A stretch of DNA of 64,000 bases. It comes from Nitrospirales bacterium. GTDB taxonomy: Bacteria; Nitrospirota; Nitrospiria; Nitrospirales; UBA8639. Shown one piece after another: positions 49,736-61,593 of this stretch. The notes below the pieces were generated by a model. The model was not told the DNA's origin, did not search any database, and was given only the letters and a program-made list of their open reading frames with translations. The translations under genes and the position numbers were made by a program. The stretch's first letter is position 1. Each line of letters opens with the position of its first letter. The stretch is from NCBI GenBank assembly GCA_965203295.1, contig CBDBCZ010000010.1, positions 96,001 through 160,000 of the forward strand. The letters are read 5' to 3'.

Positions 49736-50993
49736 TAGCGTGGGATGAGTGGCCGTCTCGGCCACGGTAAGTTATAAGCTATATATTATGTCCATGCATG
49801 TAACATACATTTGCTTGCTTAGCAGTGTGCAGTGGCTCATACCTTTCTTTTTGTATGCACTGTTTATGAGCTGGAATGTAAGATACCAGATAAAATTTGG
49901 CAGACTACTGTGACAGAGAGCAGCACAAAACCCATCCACTCTCCCATCCACTCTTTTCGGTGGAGAGCAATGCCCTTCAGCTCTATATCTTGAAGTTTGT
50001 ATTTCTTTAAGTTTAAGGAGACACAACTGGGTTAGCACTGTACATGTTGCAAGTTTAGCAAGAACAGTATACTTAAATTAATTTTCTAACTATGGTACTT
50101 TTGCGGTGGCATTTTAGTATTGTCCACATTGGCAAAAAAGAACAGGTGTGAGTATTGTTATGAATTGGTGGAGTTAGATCAGTGCTTGTGCTCTACATTA
50201 ACTCTTCAGGCATGTTCTACTTCACTCTGGGGAATCTACATCCGAAGGTTTGCTCAAACTTCAGTCCATTCAGCTCCTTACTGTTGTAGAAAGAGAGCAA
50301 GTCGCATGGAAAAAGAGCAAGTCGCGTGGAAAGAGAGCAGGTCGCATGGAAAAAGAGCAAGTCGAGTGGAACGAGAGCAAGTCGCGTGGGGCATGTAGCA
50401 AGTCGTGTGGGACGAGAGCGAAGTCGCGTGGGACATGTAGCGTGGGATGAGTGGCCGTCTCGGCCACGGTAAGTTATAAGCTATATATTATGTCCATGCA
50501 TGTAACATACATTTGCTTGCTTAGCAGTGTGCAGTGGCTCATACCTTTCTTTTTGTATGCACTGTTTATGAGCTGGAGAGTAAGATACCAGATAAAATTT
50601 GGCAGACTACTGTGACAGAGAGCAGCACAAAACCCATCCACTCTCCCATCCACTCTTTTCGGTGGAGAGCAATGCCCTTCAGCTCTATATCTTGAAGTTT
50701 GTATTTCTTTAAGTTTAAGGAGACACAACTGGGTTAGCACTGTACATGTTGCAAGTTTAGCAAGTACAGTATACTTAAATTAATTTTCTAACTATGGTAC
50801 TTTTGCGGTGGCATTTTAGTATTGTCCACATTGGCAAAAAAGAACAGGTGTGAGTATTGTTATGAATTGGTGGAGTTAGATCAGTGCTTGTGCTCTACAT
50901 TAACTTTTCAGGCATGTTCTACTTCATTCTGGGAATCTACATCCGAAGGTTTGCTCGAACTTCAGTCCATTCAGCTCCTTACTGTTGTAGAAA
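49566..50993. repeat. ~702-bp tandem duplication spanning the right TIR, TSD and flank
   Basis: 49566-50288 is repeated at 50289-50993, giving a second CACGGTA|AGTTAT at 50471. GAAA microhomology at the junction; the copies differ by a few SNPs and one repeat unit. Confidence 0.92.
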
Positions 50994-51614
50994 TATGGCT
51001 AATATCAAAGTAAAGCATGGGTGTGATCCTCAGGTCAATTCTGTAGGATATGAAGAAATTTGAGCAGTTACACATACACAGTATTTTTTAAATGGCACCT
51101 ATATTGAACTCAAATTTGCCATACCGGGATATAACTTCACTACCCAGGGATCTTCATTGCTTTTTACGGGTACAGTATCACTAAAATCAGCTAACAACCC
51201 AGCAAGCCACCTACTGGGTGGTTTCAAAAATGGCTCTGCAGCTTTTCAAAAGTATCAGCTAGTGCATGTCTACAGGTGACACTGTGCACCAAGGTATGTG
51301 GTACAAATAGTTTCCCTTACATCTGTTTATCTACCTAATTTCATACACCTTAAATTACTCTTTCTCCTCCCTCTCCCCTGTTTGAGTCAAGGTATGTTGA
51401 AGGGTATTTGTGTATTAGTTATATCACCCTCACAAGTAAAGGTGCTGTTGACGTATAAGCCAGACACCTGAGGGCGCATAGCTCCCAAGGAGATGGTTAT
51501 ACAAAGTGCAACATCTTGGAGAATTGAGAGATTTATAGATGTGATATAACTACTCTTCACGTGATATAGCACAGTTGGGGGGAAGGGTATATTGCTGAAT
51601 TGTCCTCCATAAAC

Positions 51615-54600
51615 CAGGGGCAGATCTAGAATTCTGAAAAGGGGGGGATAACAAAAAAGGTTGCATGTCAAACGTATTTCCGTAAGCAAAGTGGAAAGTT
51701 TTTTATCCTCAGCATCTATACATGCTGTCATGCCAGACCAGTGGTGGTGGCCTGTGTTGGATAAACTATTACAAATGTGCTGCAAAGTAATAATAAAGCA
51801 TAGCACCTGAAGTACTGGCTAAACAATTATACTTTCTGTCATTGAAAGGGTCTACCAGCAACATGCGTCGTTGATGTTGACAATTTCACATTGCGATGAT
51901 CATACAGCAATGCTTAGCCACTGAGCCTGTCCTGTCACATACTGCTTCTGAGTGGTGATTTCATCAACTTTGGCATGCTGATTGAACGCTCACATTTGCA
52001 ACTAATAGGAAGGGTTGCCGTTATCCTTAAAAGCACAAGAATGTTTGGATAGAAATCACTGTCAATGCGTCGTACCAAAGCCTTTTCTGGAGTATTGAGT
52101 TTAGAGGCAAGCTGAGGTTCAGCTTTGCATTTGTGCTGCCACAGGTAAAGCTTAGAAGGAAAAGAGATAGCACAGGGAAGGTCATCTTCATACAACTTCA
52201 AAATGTTCTGAAAGTCTCGTTGATATGTTTAACTGGTACTAGTACTAGCAGTGATTATGAATGGTAATAAGCGCATGAACTCACACTGTGATGAAGATTC
52301 ATTAAACTGAGTATCCAGTTCACTGAGCCAGTGATCCAACAGTGGAATTGTAAGGTTAAGGCGGTAGTAATCGGTGCAATTTGGTTCCAGAATATTTTGA
52401 CGATGCTGCTGCCGACTTGCAAGTTGTGGGATGGACTCCTTGATGCCAACACATCGTGCAATTTGGAAAGCTTGGGTATAAATCATGCAAGAGTGAAATG
52501 AGATCACAAACCATTCAAAGAGTAGCCTTTATCGTTTCTACTTCGCGATGGGCACGAGACACATCAAAATAAGGGCCTTGTAGCTTCACGCTCAACCCCT
52601 TGGTATATGAAAGAACCATCTGAGTTGCTACTAATGTCATAATGAATGAAAAATGTGATATGCCCAATAGAAGTGATTGAGCATCCGATCGAGTATCACT
52701 GTTCCACTCCACAGTGGAACTGCTTCCAATAGCCTCTAAACAACTGATTGTGGGCAGGAAGAGATCAGAAAAACTTCAAGGGCTTCGTGGCGCTCCACCC
52801 ACCTTGTTCTGCACATTTTCTTCAACTTTTTCCTCTCCTCCCGCTCAATAATATCATCTATCCAGGGTTCTAGAGCAAGTTGCCGCTTATGCGAGTTTCT
52901 GAAGAAGCGCGCCACTGTATCTGCTGTTCGCATCATGTTGCTAACCTCCCGGATACTACAGCATTTCACTACACAAAGATTCAACCGATGTGCAGCACAG
53001 TGGGTAAACACGGCTTTAGGATAGAGGGAGGTTATACGCGCAGCTGCACCTTTGACTTGCCTGCCATTGCACCTGCACCATCAAAGGCTTGGCCTCAAAG
53101 AAGTAGTGGCTCTAACTGCTATTTCACTAGCTGTGCAGGAATATATCCAGCAATGGCCTCAACAGTAACACCAAAGCAACACGCATGAAACCCCATGTAT
53201 GGAGAGCCGTCTTCAACAAAACGAATGCTTATGGAAAGTTGTTCATCATTTGCTGAGTCAGTGGCTTCATCAGCAATGATAGAAAAGAATCAGAAAAGAA
53301 TCGAGCTTTTTGAATCCTTTGTAGGATTATGATACTATCACCAAACCTTATCATTTCATTTTGAACTTCTTTGCTGGTATACATTGCATTACGGCCAGTT
53401 GTCTCCAAATGCTCCTGCAGCATTTGATCCCCAGCATCTATGGGAAATGCGAAAGTGCTTGGAAATGACCACGGCTATTTGAAACTTCATTCATCAATAC
53501 AGGCCCATCATCACAATGGTCTCTCAGGGTAATTACTTGTTGCCCACAGAAGATGACTGTCGCAGCAACTGATTGCAGCTTCAAATGATTTGCAGCAATA
53601 AGGTTAGCTCTCCTGGAGCTGATTTGTTGGTCAATTGCAATTACCCGATTCTCCATCACAGCACAGAATGCCATTGCTCTCTCCAAAGCAACCTTGTGAG
53701 ACTTTCACGAGCTTGAACAAAAGTGCTCATTCAGTTTAGTGGTAGTTCTTAAAATTTGTCAGTGGTCGCTTTACCAGTACACCTAATTTTTTCACTGACG
53801 GTTCACATCAGAGGAGGTCAGACAAGCTATGTAACCAAGCAGTAATTGATGAAGTTCCGTGTGACCGGAAAGGGAGGGGAAACAATGCACGCAAAATGTT
53901 ACTATGAACTGCAGTGTAAAGCATCGCCTCGTGCTATGTATAGCAGCGTTTGAAGGTTTGTAGGCCAAGCTACAGCAAATGAAGGTAGTCTTGTGTTGCC
54001 TAGATGACGAAAACTTGGTAGGCAGCCAGCTGTCTCCCCGAGGGCCGTGGGGTACCTTTACCGTCTGCTCTTTGTCGCAGTGTGCGTTTATCAGCCTGCT
54101 GTTGCATATTCCCTGTCGGGGACCCTATCAAGTGCTTTCCTGATGACGCCTCGTGTCTTTCAGCCATTCTGGAACGTCACTCAAAAGAGGCCACAGCATT
54201 TTGCCTCCAAAGGCAACCAAGGTGTCAGAATCACAAACACCAGCAGTAAATTTTTCTTGCTTTCAACTCGTACTTCAAAGCGGCTGGTTTGGGCCGAGAT
54301 GCTTAAATCGTAGACTTTTTTCACTATGGAGTTTGCTATACTTAGCTGCTCAATATCCATTGATTGGATTTCGATTGCATATGTCATGTGATTTTCATTA
54401 GAAAAGGTCAACCTTGGCTGACCTTCTCTGGGCTCACATATTGCAAATAGCACACAATATTCGCAGTACCCACCACCTTCTACCTCAGAAAATACCAGTC
54501 CTTTGTACTTGTCCAGCCAGCTGCTCTGAAAATGTTTATGTGGGTCACCAAACGTACGACTGGGGAAATGGTAGTCCTTGCTTGGTACAGAGTGATTTTT

Positions 54601-54987
54601 AAGGAGAAAGCATTTCTCTATCAGGAAGATCCCTTTGTGCTTGCAGCTGCACAACTCAGCCAAAAGTCTGCTGAATTTACAGCTGGGTGGAGATCGCTAC
54701 CAGCAGGCTCTTGAGGTGCAGAGGTCTTATCACTCTGTTCCTTGTCACCATCCTTGTGATCTTCTGGGACCTCTTCCTCTCCAGCTCACTCTCTTTAAGG
54801 ACGGCTGCTTTCACTCAGCTGCTCAGTGCTCAGCATACACGTGGAGCCTTAGTGGTCTCATTGGAATATTAAACAGGAACCCGAAGCGCATGTGTCATAC
54901 ATGCATACTGCTGAAAATGGTAAAGAGTGGATCGGAGAGGGGGGAACCGGACCCCTTGGCACCCCCCCCCCCCTGGATCCACCACAG
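51615..54987 (-). mobile_element. hAT (THAP12/ZMYM1-like, Tip100-type) element, degraded
   Basis: Ends CAGGGGCAGATCTAG / CTGGATCCACCACAG. Relic transposase with YTSKEVQNEMI, THCAAHRLNL, CRTRWVERHEA and CKCERSISM motifs; many stops. Confidence 0.85.
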
Positions 54988-55746
54988 TATACTTAGTGAC
55001 CATCTAGAAATTGGCTATATATGAATATTTAGTATCTGCCCACCCTTAACTACCATCCACGTGAGCTAAATATATAACTAAGTAGAAAGGTTCAGAGAAC
55101 ACATACCCTGTCAGTATACAAGATGCCATCGATACTTATGTGATATATAATTATGTGACCACGTCCGGTTTTGCTATACGTATTGTAACGTATGGCAGCT
55201 GCCAGCTCTGGAAGGGCAGCTACTTTGCACAGCTGTATCTCAAAATGTATTTGGTTTCTGTGAATGAATTTTACAGATGTTGTAGCACGTTTCTTGAAGT
55301 CCACAAATACAGACTGACAAGTTGGGACCGCACTCCCGAAATGATGCCTGGACCACCACATCCCACGAAAAGCTGCTTTAGCCTACTACTCACTGTTTCT
55401 GAGCTGCGGTCATGTCCAACTCAGGGGTTACAAGCTTTTCCACCGCAGGGCTAACATTGAATTTGGGGAAAATGTGGAGCAAAGTGAGTTGTTTCCGCAA
55501 AACCTTCAACACATGCACATGAATTTGCAATAAGTAACTCAGTATATATCTCACTCACCCTTGTTACTTAGGTTACTAGAAGTCATTATGAGTCATATTG
55601 ACTTCCCTTTGGGTAAAAGGCTGGTGTGACTCATACCGACTTCCCTTAGGGTATTAAACGATTTCATCCAATCAGACTATCATGCATATAGCTACTGCTA
55701 TGTGTAGCTGTACTTTACACAAATACATTCAGGCACAATATTATAC

Positions 55747-55947
55747 ATTCTGGCTTTATAATGGAGAAGCTGAGGCCGCTAAAACGTTGAGGTAGGAGGG
55801 GCTGCTTCAAAGAAGCAGATGGGAGGGGCTCAATACTGTCTTCCGGGGGGAGGAGCTCTGAATTAACCCCTGGATAGGCGGTCCAATTGCACATACCGAG
55901 GCAAGATGGCGAGTAAGGACAAACGGCCTCCATTATAAAGCCAGAAT
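55747..55947. mobile_element. 201-bp MITE-like element
   Basis: 20-bp inverted ends ATTCTGGCTTTATAATGGAG / CTCCATTATAAAGCCAGAAT; no clear TSD. Confidence 0.7.
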
Positions 55948-56697
55948 TGGAATCGTTTCAGCTCTTCTGCACGCTGCAGCGGGGTGGTTGCGTACCATCA
56001 TGCAATCATGCGTCTGATGTAGCATTGTGTAAATCCACTAAGTAATTTACCCATGTGGGCGTACATGGCTTTCTGCACTCAGGTAACACACCTCTGTTAC
56101 CGATGGCAAAGTGTATACTGCTGTGGTTTGTTTGTGACAATGTGCATCATGGAGGTGAACACTATGCTGTACAAGTAGATGCCAGATACCAGTACTGGAT
56201 AAGCCAACATTTCATGTACTTCTCACTAATGAGTGATATTGCTCATGCCATTCTTCAACTCATACGCCGAATTAACCAAGACATCAAACAGGTTTGGTAG
56301 GCTGATGATGCCATAGTTAACCAACATAGGATTCTGATAGGACATACTAGTATTCATCACCCTCGTATATATGGATACCATGTCAATACATCAAAAACCT
56401 GGCTTGTTGGTAAGGAACCTTATCTTTCTGCTGCCATTTCTTCCTTTGGAGACACCCAGGTAAACCTTACTAAATCTCGGTGCCACCTTAGGCACTCTGA
56501 CTTACCGACCATTACAAAAGAGAAGGGTGCATCCAACTGGCTGACTGCCTTTCCAGTAGAGGAGTTTGGTTTGGCGCTTCATAAAGGCACCTTTTGTGAA
56601 CACTACCACTGCTCTCCAAAATATGCACTAACTCACAGTGACTGTGGTGACCCCTTCTCAATGGACCATGGCCTCCCCTGCCCTGAGGGAGGTTCAT

Positions 56698-59600
56698 CAG
56701 GGGAGGAGACAGCTACCAAAAAGTGGGGGGGCTCAAGGTGGGGAATGTGGCCCTGCGCTGCAAGCATGCACGAAGTGGTATAGCATGAGCGTAAGTCAAT
56801 AGACGCCGTAGGGCAGAAAAAGTCCTTTCCGACGTAGCAGATGTTATGGGCACCGTCATGTAGAGGCGAAGAAGTTGATGTACAGTGGGTAACATCTCTT
56901 TGAAAATATTATTGCTGTTCATTGCTTCACAGATTGTTTGAATTGAAGTAACTTTCTTGACAAAAGGAGTACCCTTCTTGATTACATCTTGCAGGAGTGG
57001 TATGTGCCTGTTTAAATCTGACCAGTTGACATCATTTTTATAGCAGGACTCTGCCAACAGTGCTGTTTCATTTTGACAATCATCACCATTTGCTGCCTTC
57101 AGTAAGGTTTGCTCTATTGCTAACAGACGGAATGTGCTGGTCCTCAAATCTGTCTTCTAGCTCAGCAGATAGCAGATCACAAGCTTCAAAGTAAGTGTGA
57201 CGATAATATGCTCTTGCAGATGGATACACATGAGGTCCAGCCCCATCCTCAAATCGTGAAGGACGACGTCTAGACTTTGGTAGCTCTGGCTGGCCAATAG
57301 TATGTTGCTCAGCAATTTGAACTGTTGCATCATAGAAACGGTTGAACTCCTCCTCTGACCGTAGTCGTTGGTAGTATGCCTTTGCCGCATCAACTGCAGA
57401 CAGTGCATCCTGTATGGATATGTTCTTCTGCAAGGCCAAGGACACTTGTTCTGCTGCACAAAAAAGAGTGTGGGCAAGCCTAAGGCCAAAGAGAGAGTTA
57501 AATTTCTCTAGAGACTGCAGAAAACCACCAGCTTTCAGCCCATACTCGTCACGAGTGGTTGTGTGGATCTCTTCCAATGTATCCATCAAGAGAGGGTAGT
57601 CCTTGAGGATTGCATCAATTGCTGCAGTTCGTGCCATCCACCTGGTTGGACACAATGGTTTCAAACCAACCCCACTGCTGCTAGCTTCTAGGTTTGATGA
57701 GAAGAGATGTAATCTCTTAGGGGAAAATCTAATGAGGTCAATTATTCCTCTACAAATTTCTAGGGCATCCCTGAGAGGTACTAGCTTCCTTCCTGCGTCT
57801 TGCAGACACAAATTTAAAGAGTGAGCACAACAGTGTACAGGAAGTGCTGCAGGTTGCTCATTTTTAACTCATTGCACGCCGTAATTACGTCACGCGTGTG
57901 ATGCTCCACGCTATAATTTCTACAACAATGGCGTACTAAAAGTTTTAGCTCAGTGTTTGGCTATTTTTATGCTTACCAAGTCGAGTATTCAGCGAATTCT
58001 GCGTTGCACTTGTTAGAAGACTATCGGATACAGCCATTGAAGGCAAAAAGGGCGGCGGATTGGATCCAAGAAGGGCTTCAGGAGCGATAACCGGATACAC
58101 GGTAAGTTCGATACAAAACTGTTGTCTTCACGCTCAGGCAGCAAAGAACGATGGTCCTACTGAAGCCCCCGACTCTCCCCTGAACCAGTTACCATTGTAT
58201 CCGCCGGTGAAGTTGACTACAGAGCCCGACTAACTGTGCAGCAATGTAGGTAGCCATAGCTAGCCGTCTTGATCGGTTGTATATTTTGCCGTATGTATCC
58301 GTTCTATTACAGATTAGATCGACTTTCGGCACACTTACATCATTATTAGTAATCACTCTATTCAATTTTATGGCTAATAAAGGAAGGGGTTGCCCCTCCT
58401 GGCCGTACAGTTAACTTGCCGTTTCTAAAGCCACTATAGTGGCGTGTGGCGTAGCGGAAGGATTACGTAATATCCAGTTAAGTGGCGTACGGCGTGCAAT
58501 GAGTTAAATCGTTGCTACTCCTGTTCTTCTGCCCTGCATATTAGCAGCTCCGTCATAAGCTTGCCCTCGGCACAATGCTAGCGGGAGGTTACATCGGATG
58601 AGAAGATCTTTGATAACTTTAAACAAAGTTTCTGCCTTTGTATCAGGCACCCTGCACAACCCAATAGGATCTTCATGAACTTCATAGTTGTCATTAACCC
58701 AACGAATTGACAAGTTCAGCTGTTCTGTATGGATAACATCAGTAGCCTCATCTGCAATGATTGCAAACCATGCAGGGCCACTTACTTCCGTCATTTTGCT
58801 TAATAAGTTGCGTAGCACACTGAGGCCTAGCATTTCAATTAGCTCATTAACTGCCTGATGGCTTGTATAACGGTTTTCCCTAACCCAGCTTTTAACCACA
58901 TTGTTATCCTTACTCCACATTTGCAGAAGTTGCTGTAGGTTTCCCTCTGACTCAGTGTGGCCTCGGATGGCAATGCCCTGCCGAGTAAGGTACACAATTG
59001 CCCTTAATTGGGTCAAAAGTCCTTGTCTTCTGGTCATTTGAAGCTGTGCCATCTGAGAACTTATCTGCACTTCAATAGTTGGCTGTCCCCGAGCCATCCA
59101 CTTCAGCTTAGCCTCTCTGTGTACATGTGAGCCTTCATGCGCCTTGAATTTATCTACAGCTTTTCGCCAGTTCTGAAACCCAGTTTTGGTGAATGCCGTT
59201 TCTCCCATTTTACTAAAAGATATCAAATTGTGTTGGGCAGCATGACGACAATAAAGGCAGTATGCCTTATTGGAAGTAACGCAGACACTCACCCAGGGAA
59301 ATAGTTTGTACCACTGCGGCTGAAAATTCCCTTTCTTGTTAGTAAACTTCAGTAGTGTTCGCTTGTCAACGGGCTGAAATGCTCTTTCGGTACTGACACA
59401 GCACTGCGCTGTGCAGTTAGTGGGTGTAGCGGCTGTAGCCTCAGACATACTGTCCCCAATCAGTCCAGCTTCCTTCTCGGATGTGGTCTCTGCCTCATCA
59501 GCTTCACTCACGTCACTAGAATCAACCTCAGACCCACAATCGCCATCCTCTCTTTCGGTCTCGGTGGTTTCTCTTGCTTTTTTGGCTGGTATTGACCATG

Positions 59601-59945
59601 CAAGCAAAGTAGATTGTCTTTTCGCCATACTAAAAAAAACTTGTCTCGTGCCTAACTAGCCATGTGCGCATGCGCTGTAAGCTTACTCTAATTAATGCAC
59701 AACAGAGCTAAGGGTCAGAGGTGATGCACAAACGCTCTACCCGAGACTTGTGCGTAAAAGGAACGAGGCGATATTGTTAAGTTTCGTGGGATAGCAGCAG
59801 GTAAAAGGCCAGCCTGGGTTATTTATTGGGGGTGGGGTGCTTAGCCATTCTGCCTTAGAAAGGGGGGGGGGGGGGGGCTCTGCCCCCCTGCTTTTGAAGT
59901 GGGGGGGCTCAAGCCCCCCCTGCCCCCCCTATATCTCTGCCCCTG
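56698..59945 (-). mobile_element. hAT element with a ZMYM1-like (TTF Zn finger, DUF4371-type) transposase
   Basis: TTCAT|CAGGGGAGGAGA ... TCTCTGCCCCTG|TTCAT. ORFs 58504-59628 (FQPQWY..AYCLYC, IIADEATD, CRGQAYDGAANM), 57083-57811 (LCPTRW) and 56713-57147 (ATSERTFSALRR). Confidence 0.93.
57868..58503. mobile_element. piggyBac-type MITE inserted into the hAT transposase
   Basis: TTAA|CTCATTGCACGCCGTA ... TACGGCGTGCAATGAG|TTAA; 636 bp. Confidence 0.93.
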
Positions 59946-60629
59946 TTCATGATCTTACAGCCAACCTCCTTTCTGAAGTCTGCCTCATCTGCAGTCGATC
60001 AGTAGAGAACCCCATAGAGGCGCTTTAGCCAATGTTGAGGACGGTGCTCGTCTGGATATTCTGGCAAACGGTTTCTGGGGGAGTTGGTTTAAAGGAGAGT
60101 TTTTTATGTTAGGGCTTTTAATTCTCACACTCCTTCAAGCAGACAATCCCAGCCTAGCCGCTTCCTACCGTCATCATGAAAGCCTAAAGAGCAAAACTAC
60201 GAACAGCGCACTTGTGAGGTGAAACATTGCTTCTTTACCCCATTGGTCTTCTCAGCTACATGTTGTCTTGGTCGTGCTGTAGCAGTCACCTATTGTCGCC
60301 TGGCGTCATTGCTATTCTCGAAATGGGATCAGCCATTAAGCGCCAACAGGACTGGCTTCTTGAGGACCTATTGGACACTCTTAGAGACAAGGTGGAGGAA
60401 ATCAACCAGCTGATTGCAGCCTCTCCTGGGCCACAAGGGAGCAGCAGATCGCAGAGAGGACTAAACAGCCCTACACCCCTTGAGGAGGAGGTATGTAAGC
60501 CCCGTTTTACGAATATCTATATATGGATGCATGAAGTGGTCAGACCACGCCCCCTGCAGTAAATACCTTGCCAAAAACATGCTGAATGAGGTTTTGGAGT
60601 ACAGTTGATAATTAAAGTAACTTGCTTAA

Positions 60630-61589
60630 GGTAGGAAGAGCCTCACCTTTGAATCCGTGTGATTCTCTTTATGAATAATGGGTGACGTCACTCACGTGGT
60701 GCTAATTAGATTCATTGAAATGTTTGCATTTTCCCATGGTGACAACCGGAATCAACAGGAGGGGTGTGTCACTTTAATGTGGATAGCAGCTCTTTTATAT
60801 GCGATATCGATCGGCACTTGGATGTGGTTGAGCAGTACTCTGATGTTGGCTTTCAATCCTTTTTTTTTAATATTCATTTTCTTTTTAAAAAAGGTAAATA
60901 TGACATTATACATTTGCGAGTAAGCTTTTTGTGACAGAATACGTACGTAGCTAGTGTGTTGTAGAATGTTTGTTAGGCTGCCCGAGTGCCTAGAAGTCAA
61001 CCAGACAGACGGATAGTAGCATGTTGTTGTCTATCTCTGGTAGGCTACAATAAGTGACTTTTCGGGTCTGTAGGCCCCACCTATTTTCTTAATTAGTTTG
61101 AAGTAGCTAGTTGTGTGAAAATCTATGGAGATTTGCAGAGAAAGCTTTGGTGGGTGGTTCTCAGAAACCGAGGGGTGAATGAAAAATCCCGTCCCTAAAT
61201 TTTCTGTGAGTAGGTTGAAGTTTGTAAGACAGGGCTCAAATTTGTTGGGCTAAAGTGGGTGTGGCCGAATTTTGTTTGAAAGTCAGGATAGCGCAAATGA
61301 GCGTTTTGGGGTGGTTGGATGCGTTCAGAGCTGTAACATTAGGCTTGAAGCCATCCTGTGAAAAAGCATCCCTACTTTTGTAGCCCGTCCTCTGTAGATA
61401 CTGGTGATGTCAGACTGTGGGTGAGGCTCTAGCAGATTCCAAAATTTGTTTTTTTTACGCAACCCGAAATCGCATTTTTGTTGATTATTTAGCATGTGTG
61501 GTTAGATGCAAAATTTTTGTCGATTTGAGGTAGACTTTCATGTTCTCCATTCATTTAAATCGTGGATTCCAGGTGAGGCTCTTCCTATC
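60630..61589. mobile_element. TTAA-targeting non-autonomous element (Kolobok-like)
   Basis: TTAA|GGTAGGAAGAGCCTCACCT ... AGGTGAGGCTCTTCCTATC|TTAA. Purine-purine termini with a TTAA TSD fit Kolobok rather than piggyBac. Confidence 0.75.
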
Positions 61590-61593
61590 TTAA

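Larger units (their letters stand above)
42084..49769. mobile_element. Complete IS3EU-type DNA transposon (7686 bp) carrying a kinase cargo gene
   Basis: AGTTAT|TACCGTGGCCGAGACGGCCACTCATCCCACGCTACATGTCCCACGC ... GCGTGGGACATGTAGCGTGGGATGAGTGGCCGTCTCGGCCACGGTA|AGTTAT. Perfect 6-bp TSD (42078-42083, 49770-49775), TAC..GTA ends and two convergent genes. Confidence 0.93.
56200..60345 (+). mobile_element. Decayed CRE-like non-LTR element split by a hAT insertion
   Basis: Left part: QVW*ADDA, YGYHVNTSKTWLV, KGASNWLTAFP and CGDPFSMDHG. Right part after 59945: HDLTANLLSEVC, DGARLDILANGFWG and FTPLVFSAT. Confidence 0.75.

Noticed and set aside
49772..50740. Duplicated 88-aa ORFs as a gene pair
   Set aside because: They have no recognisable motifs and are explained by the 702-bp duplication.
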